Positions 8,671 through 17,315 of a DNA stretch of 64,000 nucleotides are shown here, piece after piece. A program made the translations under genes and the position numbers. This DNA is from Leidyana gryllorum EB-2025a (taxonomy: Eukaryota > Protista > Apicomplexa). How positions within the stretch are numbered: position 1 is the stretch's first letter; every line of letters starts with the position of its first letter. Location: assembly GCA_048772705.1 (NCBI GenBank), contig JBLWGC010000041.1:1-64000 (forward strand), written 5' to 3'. Under the pieces are notes generated by a model. The model made no database searches. It was not told where the DNA came from and saw only the letters and a list, made by a program, of their open reading frames with translations.

Positions 8671-10023
8671 TGCACAATCAGACAGGAGTTGAGCGGAGTT
8701 ACACCTCAAGTGTGTCTGGTGTCTCTGGTAAAAGTCATTGGCCCCTTGCACGATTTCAGTGTTCTGAAGGACGTCTTTGACACGCGTGGCGATAGTCTCG
8801 CGGTCACAAACGGGGTTTGGAGGAATGTCGGTCCAGAGATTGGACCCAATTTTCCAATACCGCTCGGCGATCTCAGCGTTGATCGGTTGTTCTCCGGCGC
8901 AGGGGAGGAGACCTTTGGGCACAGGCGTCAATGATGCACCTTCTGTTAAGCTATTCCAGCCACAGTGGGTGATGAAAAGACGGATAGCGGGGTGTCGGAG
9001 AACTGCTGGTTGATTTACCCAGTTCACGATGAGAGATCGATCTCCGACTCGGTTGCGATAATCGATGGGGAGGCCAAATTCGTCTGTTTCACACTTAGGT
9101 TTCACCTCCTCGTCCGGTTTTTCGAGGTTGGACTTGCGAGCACGTAATGCCCACAGAAAGGGTAACCCAGTGGCAGCAATACCCTCACTCAACTCGACAA
9201 TATTGCTGCGGCTCAGCTGCACCCACGAACCCAAGGCTATATATATCACGCTGCGGGGCTTTTGTTTGTCGAGCCACTCAAGCTCAGGAGACGACACGAC
9301 GGTTCTTAGTATTCCGTCGGGTGCGATATCATTGGCATATCCCAGCGGATAACATCTTCCCTTCGGAAAGTGGGGGGGGTCATCAACGAGCACGTCCTTC
9401 TTGATTGCGTCTATGAGCTCGGTGAGTCCGGGTTGCGCTGGACTGTCGTTTGTAATCATACTACGCATTGTGCTTAGTAACTCGCTCATTTCTCGGTCAT
9501 ATAAGCTCTTGAGCTCTATCTCGGGCATTTTCTTCTGGTGGAGAGGACCGAGGCCGACAATGTGTACTTTGCTCATATCGGGCTGCTCTTCACAGAACAT
9601 CCACCCCTTCTTCCAGAGATAATAGGCGTAAAGTGGCAAAGAACACAACGCAAAGTGTTTCACTCCCAAAGCTTTGGCTAAAGGCCGACCCCAATTGACA
9701 ACCGCATCGTAGATGACCGCTCGTACGGAGAGTCCTGTAGCTCGTGCCATAGCTTCCTGCACGATTTCATCTCGCTTCAGACTCATCCATTCGAACCTTT
9801 GTCTGGAGTGCTTTGGCTCAGAGATCTCGGGTGGGGGACGGATTATCAGAACCCGTACATCGGGGAATTCCGCAGTGGGTAGCTCAGCGTACTCAGGTAG
9901 TATGAGGATAAGATGTGGTGTCAACTTTCCGTATTTGGTAACTGTAGTCAGCCTCTGGCCCAAGGCCATCATCGGACGGAAATGTCCATGACCATTGAGT
10001 GACACTAACAGAACATCTCCCAT
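8647..10023 (-). CDS. UDP-glycosyltransferase (GT1, plant-type PSPG box), copy 1
   Basis: Catalytic His in GHGHFRP, Asp in IYDA, WLDKQKPRSVIYIALGS, PSPG box WVNQ..HCGWNS..EQ. ATG 10023 chosen by alignment to paralogs; intronless. Confidence 0.95.
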   Translation of the reverse strand: MGDVLLVSLNGHGHFRPMMALGQRLTTVTKYGKLTPHLILILPEYAELPTAEFPDVRVLIIRPPPEISEPKHSRQRFEWMSLKRDEIVQEAMARATGLSVRAVIYDAVVNWGRPLAKALGVKHFALCSLPLYAYYLWKKGWMFCEEQPDMSKVHIVGLGPLHQKKMPEIELKSLYDREMSELLSTMRSMITNDSPAQPGLTELIDAIKKDVLVDDPPHFPKGRCYPLGYANDIAPDGILRTVVSSPELEWLDKQKPRSVIYIALGSWVQLSRSNIVELSEGIAATGLPFLWALRARKSNLEKPDEEVKPKCETDEFGLPIDYRNRVGDRSLIVNWVNQPAVLRHPAIRLFITHCGWNSLTEGASLTPVPKGLLPCAGEQPINAEIAERYWKIGSNLWTDIPPNPVCDRETIATRVKDVLQNTEIVQGANDFYQRHQTHLRCNSAQLLSDCAGRRNPQG

Positions 10024-10063
10024 TTCCGCAATTTTTGACTCCGTTTCAGCCCAAAACAAAGTG

Positions 10064-11401
10064 TTAAGAGAGAATCTCTTCGACTAAGTCCTCCAGATAT
10101 TTGGGAGCTGTAAATAGTCTGTGATGCTGATGCCTTTCATACATTTGCTGAGCCGATCGTAAGATATTCTCATCAGTTAGAATCTCCTGAATCCGAGATG
10201 CGACGATTGTCCGATCGATTTGAGGGACCGGTTGCATCTCATCCCAGAGCGACAGACCCAGCCTCCAGTGTTGCTCGGCTACTCCGGCATTCACTAACTG
10301 ATCAGCAGCACATGGCAGAAATGCTTTGGGTGCGGGTGTCAAGGAGATGCCTTCCGTCAGACTGTTCCAACCGCAATGAGTTATGAACAATCGAATGGCT
10401 GGGTGACATAACACAGCAACTTGATTCACCCATGGCGTGATCAACGCACGCTCAGCCACTCGGGTACGGAAGTCTAAGGCCAAGCCGTGATCGTCCGTCA
10501 TTTTGCCAATTGGCGATTCGGCATCCTTTTTCCGGCTCCTGAGAGCCCACAGAAAGGGCAGCCCGGTAGCAGCGAGTCCCTCGCTGAGTTCTGCCAAGTC
10601 GTTAGCACCAAGTTGCACCCAGGACCCGAGTGCCACGAAAATGACACTTCTGGGCGGTTGTCGATTCAACCATTCCACTTCCTCCGTGAGGCCCCCCGCG
10701 AAGGAGACGGATATGTCGGAGGCGTAGCCGAGGGAATACACTTTACCTTTGCCAAAAGTAGAGTCTTTGATCAGCATGTTGTCCTCGACATACTGCTTCA
10801 GCTGGTTGAATGCTGGCTCTGCTGTACTGTCATTAACTATGAGACTTCTCATTTGTCCAAACTGGGCCCGCATCAGAGGATCGTACTTGGGCGATGTACG
10901 AATATCGGGCATTTCTTTCATTCTTAGGGGCCCGAGACCAACGATCTCTACATTGTCGGTTGGTAAGGGCGGGGTGTCATAGAATAGCCACCCCTTAGAC
11001 CATAGATAGTAGCAATAGAGCGGGAGAGAACATGAAGCGATGTGTTTGACCCCGAGCACTTTCGCGAAAGGGGGTCCCCATATTGCCACCGAATCGTATA
11101 TAACACACAAAGGCGACAAATGTGCGACAGCTGACACTGCCCACTCAACGATTGACTCGATATTATCGGCCATCCAGTCAAAGAATAGAGGACCCTTGCT
11201 GAATTTCTCTGGGCAGACTTTGGTGATAACATTGACAGAAGGGAAGTCGTGCCGAGGCAATTCAGTCTCCGTAGGCAAAACCACTAAGAGATGCGGTGTG
11301 AGCATTGCCGAGATGGATATTTGAGCCAACCGCTGGCCGAGAGCCATAAGTGGGCGGAAGTGACCATGACCTCGTAGCGAAACTATCAGGACGTCTCCCA
11401 T
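10064..11401 (-). CDS. UDP-glycosyltransferase, copy 2
   Basis: GHGHFRP, IYDS, WLNRQPPRSVIFVALGS, WVNQ..HCGWNS..ADQ. Confidence 0.95.
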   Translation of the reverse strand: MGDVLIVSLRGHGHFRPLMALGQRLAQISISAMLTPHLLVVLPTETELPRHDFPSVNVITKVCPEKFSKGPLFFDWMADNIESIVEWAVSAVAHLSPLCVIYDSVAIWGPPFAKVLGVKHIASCSLPLYCYYLWSKGWLFYDTPPLPTDNVEIVGLGPLRMKEMPDIRTSPKYDPLMRAQFGQMRSLIVNDSTAEPAFNQLKQYVEDNMLIKDSTFGKGKVYSLGYASDISVSFAGGLTEEVEWLNRQPPRSVIFVALGSWVQLGANDLAELSEGLAATGLPFLWALRSRKKDAESPIGKMTDDHGLALDFRTRVAERALITPWVNQVAVLCHPAIRLFITHCGWNSLTEGISLTPAPKAFLPCAADQLVNAGVAEQHWRLGLSLWDEMQPVPQIDRTIVASRIQEILTDENILRSAQQMYERHQHHRLFTAPKYLEDLVEEILS

Positions 11402-11467
11402 CACTCGGTCCTCCAAAGGGTCGTGGTTTATTTTCAAAGGCAGGATCGATCACAGAAAAATGGGGTC

Positions 11468-12826
11468 TCAGTGGGCGTCGCTACGCAGTTCCTTAATGAC
11501 GGCGTCGAAAGCTGCAGCGCCTTTGGAGCTGACGTAGTTCTGGTATAATTGGTAGAATTGGAAAGCCCCGTTCCGGTAGTCAGATTGCCCAAATAGCTCG
11601 TTGACACGTGCAGCCACATAGTTGCGCTCCAGAACTGGATTGGGAGGTCTCTTCATCCACATGTTGCGCCCGAGGTACCACCACAGTTCCGCCAACTCCG
11701 TGTTGAGAGGCTCATTACCGAGCATCGGTAAGAAGCCTTGAGGGATGGGGGTGATGCTCATGCCCTCGGTCAGAGTGTCCCAACTCGCATTGTTGATGAA
11801 GAGACCGATGGCGGGGTGCTGAAGCACCGCTTGCTGATTGCAGTAGCGGACGATGTGACATTTCTTCGGATCCATCTCGCGAGGAGGTTCGGGCTCCTCC
11901 TCCGATCTGTCAGACGGTGTTGACTGAGAAGACGAGCTCTCCGAGTCTTCGACGGGGTCACCGATCGCCCAGAACAGAGGACGACCAGTCATGGCAATGC
12001 CTTCACTGAGTTCGCGTGCGTTGGCGCTCCCGAGCTCCGAGTGAGCTCCCAGGGAGACAAACACAACGCTACCGGGCTTCTGCTCGTCAAGCCACATCTT
12101 CTGTGACGGCTCAATCTCAAAGTCGGTCTGGGTAAAGTCACAAAAGTATCCCAACGCATGGACAGAACCCTTGCCGAATGTGGGGTCGTGTCTGAGCACC
12201 TCATTTTCAACAGCCTCTTTGAGCTCATCGAACCCTGGCTCCACAGGACAGTCATTCACTATAACACTCCTGAACCCAGTCACCACGTTCTCCAGTGCTT
12301 TGACATATTCGCCTTTGGGAGCTCTCTCGCGCTTGCGGTAAGTGTTGTTAAGCGCTCCATAACTCGGTAATCTCACAGACGCAATATCATCCAACTCGCA
12401 TCTGTACCCAGCAGTATTCCACAGATAGTATGAATAGAGAGGGGTCCATAAGACACCGATAGTTTTCAAACCGAGCAGATTTGTCAAAGATGGGCCCCAT
12501 GTGGCTTCGCTGTCCAATATGGCTCCGATCGGTTTCAAGTTGTCCGTCATAGCTATGGCTTTCTGCACTATTTGAGGAGTCTCCCGTAGGATCCATTGCT
12601 GGCGCTCCTCCACGTTGATATCTTCGTCGTACTCTTCCGGAACGTTGATCGGCAGAAAATTGACGTCCGGAAACTCCTCACGGTAGTCTTCTGTCCAGCT
12701 CGTCTTGAGCATTATTAAGTGAGCCTTCAATTCATTCCCGGTGTGCGCTGTGATGCGCTGGCCCAATGCCCACATCATGCGGGGATGGCCTTTGGTGTAA
12801 GCAGATATCACTAACACATCCGTCAT
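11468..12826 (-). CDS. UDP-glycosyltransferase, copy 3 (divergent donor-binding box)
   Basis: KGHPRM, ILDS, WLDEQKPGSVVFVSLG; the PSPG box reads YCNQ..NASWDT..GNE. Confidence 0.9.
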   Translation of the reverse strand: MTDVLVISAYTKGHPRMMWALGQRITAHTGNELKAHLIMLKTSWTEDYREEFPDVNFLPINVPEEYDEDINVEERQQWILRETPQIVQKAIAMTDNLKPIGAILDSEATWGPSLTNLLGLKTIGVLWTPLYSYYLWNTAGYRCELDDIASVRLPSYGALNNTYRKRERAPKGEYVKALENVVTGFRSVIVNDCPVEPGFDELKEAVENEVLRHDPTFGKGSVHALGYFCDFTQTDFEIEPSQKMWLDEQKPGSVVFVSLGAHSELGSANARELSEGIAMTGRPLFWAIGDPVEDSESSSSQSTPSDRSEEEPEPPREMDPKKCHIVRYCNQQAVLQHPAIGLFINNASWDTLTEGMSITPIPQGFLPMLGNEPLNTELAELWWYLGRNMWMKRPPNPVLERNYVAARVNELFGQSDYRNGAFQFYQLYQNYVSSKGAAAFDAVIKELRSDAH

Positions 12827-13718
12827 CTTAATGGTGTGCACTTGGACTGTTCACCCCACAACTGCCACACAATCGCAGGGGAAGCACGGCCATTCCCTGT
12901 GAAGCTGCCTGTTTGGCCCGAACGATGCATTTATCTGGCATCTGGCCCGACATTAGTCGGCAGTTACCCTCAGGCGGACCTTTACAGTGGATTACAGATC
13001 GTCTTCACTGAGCGCATGTGAATGCTTTCAACACCCCCCCGACACACCCTCCAGTAATGTGTGTTCGGTGCGTGTGTCGTGTTTTTGGGCGAGACAGGGA
13101 ACTGATATTCGAAAAAGCTTATCGGTGATATTCGAATAATCATTGGACCCGATGGACTTTCAAGATCCCGCGAACCCTTCAACTACCTGCCCACACTTGA
13201 CACATGCCGGGTCCATGCAAGTGGATACTGTCTCTGAAGACGACTAAGAAGTGCTACATATTAGCCACGTGACGGGGCAGAATAGCGTACCTGAAATGAT
13301 ACGTCTCTTGTGTGCAACTGATTGTCGTGGCTGAGCTTCGTGTCGAAGTAACCTCAAATTAAGGTTTAACGAGGGACAGATTCTGCTTCAAAGATCTCGA
13401 TCTCATGTCAAAAAAGGTTCCTCCGGGAGTGATCGATCCTTCATCGTGTAGATGATACGTGGTGTCGCTCATTTGGCCTCATTTGATCTCTCAGTCGCGA
13501 CCTTCGTGTTGGTGTCGGTGATGATGGGTGAGTATTCCGGGTCGTATGGTGTCTTACCATGTTTACCATTTGGACTTTGGGGGTCCGGCACCATCTACTT
13601 TTGCCCTCCATCGATCACGAGGGACTCTACAGATCTACTCGATTGGGAGATCCTAAACTATCTATGGCAGGGAAAGACACTTCAAAAATGTCATGTAACT
13701 TGACTATCCCTGTCGAAT

Positions 13719-14669
13719 TCATTTGTTGTGCTTGAGTACCCATTCCACTGCCGTGTCCATGGCTCCTCTGCAGGCTTTGGTTTTGTCCAGGCTGTTGAGC
13801 ATGACAAAGTCGTGGACTATTGATGGGAATGTGTGGTGCTCAACAGAGACTCCGGCTTTACGAAGGTTCTCAGAATAGGCAATACCTTCGTCTCGCAGAA
13901 CATCTACTTGGCCGTTGATGATCAAAGCCGGAGGCAGTCCTTTGAGCTCTTCAATCGACAGCTGCAGTGGACTTGCCTTCTTCCTCTCGTCCTCCTTCTT
14001 GGTATACTGGTCCCAGAACCATACCATTCCATCCTTGGTGAGATAGTATCCATCAGCGAACTCTTTATAGGATTCAGAGTTCATCCTCGCGTCCGTCACG
14101 GGGTAAAACAGGAGCTGTTTGTGGATTTTCGGGAGGCCCTCACCCCCAAAAGCCAATAAAGCTGCCATATTGCCTCCCACACTGTCGCCAGCAACGGTGA
14201 AGCGATCCAGACTCCATCCTTTCTCCTTCGCCAGCTTGGGCAACTCTCTCAAAACTTGTTTCATCTGCTCCAAGGCCACTGGATATTGTGCGTCCGGACT
14301 CAGCGTGTATTCCGGAACAAGAACAACGCATTTGCATCGGTGAGCCAACTCTCTGACCAGCTTCTCGTGGGTATGGAAACTGCCAAACGCCCATCCGGCT
14401 CCGTGAACATAAAAGATAACATTGTGCGGTCCAGATTGATCCTTCAAACTTTCAGGAATCACCACTTTAACATCAAAAGATCCGTTGTCGCCAGAGTATT
14501 TCAGAGTATCGATTTCGGCGGGAAGCTTCTCCACAGGCGACGATTGAAGATCCTCCAAGATTTTCCGTCCTTGCTCCACTGGCACTTCGTATATGCGCGG
14601 ATGTGCTGAAGTCGCCTTTGCGAGCTCGGCAGCCGCTGGTTCCAAAACTATTTTCGCACTATCCGCCAT
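13719..14669 (-). CDS. Alpha/beta hydrolase, HSL (family IV) carboxylesterase, bacterial-like
   Basis: HGAGW oxyanion motif, GDSVGG nucleophile elbow, DVLRDEG (Asp), VHDF (His); intronless, 316 aa. Confidence 0.93.
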   Translation of the reverse strand: MADSAKIVLEPAAAELAKATSAHPRIYEVPVEQGRKILEDLQSSPVEKLPAEIDTLKYSGDNGSFDVKVVIPESLKDQSGPHNVIFYVHGAGWAFGSFHTHEKLVRELAHRCKCVVLVPEYTLSPDAQYPVALEQMKQVLRELPKLAKEKGWSLDRFTVAGDSVGGNMAALLAFGGEGLPKIHKQLLFYPVTDARMNSESYKEFADGYYLTKDGMVWFWDQYTKKEDERKKASPLQLSIEELKGLPPALIINGQVDVLRDEGIAYSENLRKAGVSVEHHTFPSIVHDFVMLNSLDKTKACRGAMDTAVEWVLKHNK

Positions 14670-14820
14670 TCTCTTCGTTTATCAAGTATAGCTTTTTGGT
14701 TCAGATCAAATGTGTCGTGAGATTTTTGAGAATACAATATCTAATCTAAGTGACACATTTGATCTGCTACTCGTGCATGCGGCCGAGCCAGATTCACCTT
14801 TGAAAAGCTGTACGTTCAAG

Positions 14821-16164
14821 TTAATTTAATATTTCCTCCATCAACTTCCCCAAGTGATGTGGATAAGAGCATTTCATGTGTATCTGATGATCATCATACA
14901 ATGTTTGAGACGCCCGCAAGATTTCTTGGTCCTCTAATATATCGCAAATCCTTGAGGCCACCACTGTCCGATTGCACACCGGCAACGGAGCTGGTTTTGT
15001 CCATAGTGACTTCCCAATCCGCCAGTGATGCTCGGCAATGTCGGCCGTAACTATCTGATCTCCGCGGTTGGGTAGAAAAGCCTTGGGGGCGGGGGTAAAA
15101 GATATGCCTTCCGTCATACTGTTCCATCCGCAATGCGTCACGAATAAAGCGATAGCAGGATGTTGTAAAACAGCACATTGATCCACCCAAGGAGTTATCA
15201 GTGCATGATCACACACACGTGTGTGGTACTCTGTGCTCAACCCACTATCCTGATTATACTTGGTAGTCCCGTCATCCGCTAGTTGCCTGTTTCTCAGAGC
15301 CCACAGGAAGGGGAGTCCAGTCGCAGCAAGGCCTTCGCTCAGCTCAATCAGATTAGAATCACTCAGCGGAACCCAAGACCCCAAAGCGATAAACACAACA
15401 CTTCTGGGTGTCTGTTGGTCCAACCAATGAAGTTCTTTGGTCCTGGTGGATGGAGTCGAAACCACCTCACACCGATAACCCAGCGGGTATAGCATTCCCT
15501 TGCCATGTTTGGGATGGTGTATCAAGAGTTTGGATTCCACCGCCTTTTTGAGCTCCTCAAAACTGGGCTCTCCAGTACTATTGTTGAGTATCATGCTCCG
15601 CATTTTGCCCATTACAGAATTCATTTTCGCAACATATCTCGGCGTGGTGCTGGAAGCTGTGAGTACGTCGACATGAAGGGGGCCAATTCCGGGAATCTCT
15701 GTCCCTCGGACATTCTGCGCATTTTCCACTAAGCAGTAGAGACCTTGTTTCCACAAGTAGTAGCAGTATAAAGGTAAAGTGCACAATGTTATATACTTTA
15801 CTCCGAGTCGCTCAGCAAAGTCCACCGCCCAGATAGCCACACTATCGTAAATAACGCAAACCGGATTAAAGTCTTTAATTTGATCCAGCGCCCATTGTAT
15901 GATCTCTTCAACATTATCCGCTATCCAATCAAAGATTGCTGAGGGGGTCTTACAGGACTCAGGAATGATTTTCCGTATCACATTCACCGCCGGAAAGGCA
16001 ATAGTCGGGCAAGCGTCAGCCGGGGAGGAGGTAGGTTCTGGCTGTACAACAAGCAGATGGGACCTGACTCCAGTTCCACTGAGCTGGCTCAGCTGTTGCC
16101 CCATCGCCATCACCGGACCTATATGGCCCAAACCCCAACTGGAGATCAGCAACACATCTTTCAT
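14821..16164 (-). CDS. UDP-glycosyltransferase, copy 4
   Basis: GLGHIGP, IYDS, WLDQQTPRSVVFIALGS, WVDQ..HCGWNS..GDQ. Confidence 0.95.
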   Translation of the reverse strand: MKDVLLISSWGLGHIGPVMAMGQQLSQLSGTGVRSHLLVVQPEPTSSPADACPTIAFPAVNVIRKIIPESCKTPSAIFDWIADNVEEIIQWALDQIKDFNPVCVIYDSVAIWAVDFAERLGVKYITLCTLPLYCYYLWKQGLYCLVENAQNVRGTEIPGIGPLHVDVLTASSTTPRYVAKMNSVMGKMRSMILNNSTGEPSFEELKKAVESKLLIHHPKHGKGMLYPLGYRCEVVSTPSTRTKELHWLDQQTPRSVVFIALGSWVPLSDSNLIELSEGLAATGLPFLWALRNRQLADDGTTKYNQDSGLSTEYHTRVCDHALITPWVDQCAVLQHPAIALFVTHCGWNSMTEGISFTPAPKAFLPNRGDQIVTADIAEHHWRIGKSLWTKPAPLPVCNRTVVASRICDILEDQEILRASQTLYDDHQIHMKCSYPHHLGKLMEEILN

Positions 16165-17315
16165 AATCTATTGCCTAATATGGCCGGAAGAGAGTACGCC
16201 TCGCCAGATGTTCGTGAGTCTGAAACCTTATAAGATGGGGAAGAGACAGATCAGAAGAAACTCGTCTCGGCTTTTCACGCGGAGATACAGATATTGCAAA
16301 AGCTCAAGATGACTAAAACTTCACCACTGTTCTTTCGGACGCCCCCACACACTGTGCGACTTGCCTGATCACGGCCGTGAGAGTTCCAGCTTTCTTGTTG
16401 CTCCTTGATAGATCCAGCAGACACAGTTGGGTCACCATGACGGCCTTCATATAACCTCGCGCTGGGCGAAGGCTTGCCAGGCAGAGCTGTGATCAATCCA
16501 AATCGGGCAACAGGGAGAGAGGAAGGCGAAGAGAGTCTTCATAACCTTCTCACCTCAGAAGAAGGCTTCACCCGGCCAGTTTCGGCAGATCGAATTGTCG
16601 GCGTCGAGTCAAGCCTCGTCCGCCCTCTCAGAAAGTCTCAGATGGGAGACACTGAACTTAGTTCAGTCCTCCCGAGGGCCTCACATCACCGGAAGTGCAA
16701 AGGCTGCTCCGCCCTCTGCACGCCTCTCATTGATCAGACGGTTGCAATCCGCAGGTAAGTTGATTTTCCGTCACAAAAAGGTGGCGAGAGCTCTGTGTGC
16801 GAGCATTGGGACATTGCCAAAACCTCAATAATCTTAGAATTTATGAAGTGTCAGACAAATGAGAGAAGTGGGCAGAACAGTGTTGATAATTAGATCACAA
16901 AAAAAGAGACTTGACCCCAAGCTGCCCCTCCTCTGGGCTGTAGTGGATGGCTGACACGCTCCGTGTCCGGCCTTGTGTGACCACCCGATCGTGCCTCCGA
17001 CCCTCAAACCTTCCGGTTTGGGCGCCGTTGGTACTCCAGTCCCAGTGTAGGGACTCGGGGTCGGGTCTCAGTTTGTTGCAAGAAAGCCTCCCAACCGGGT
17101 TACAGTGGAACGTTATTCCACCAGGCAATTATGACTTTCATAGGCTTCGTGGGGGGCACGACATTAATTTTCAGTGCATTATCGGCAGAAAGATTGACAC
17201 CCACCCGTGAGCATTGGGCAGATCGGATCGCCAGATATCTGTTTGAGCGCATCGTAGATCGATCTCAAGTCTGGAGCCTTGGCACTATTCTGGAGAAGCC
17301 GCCTTTGTTGTCTGG

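Noticed and set aside
8645-8685. Hammerhead ribozyme on the minus strand (CTGATTG..CGAAAC..GTG)
   Set aside because: The core should be CUGANGA with a GUH cleavage triplet. Both deviate and stem II does not form.
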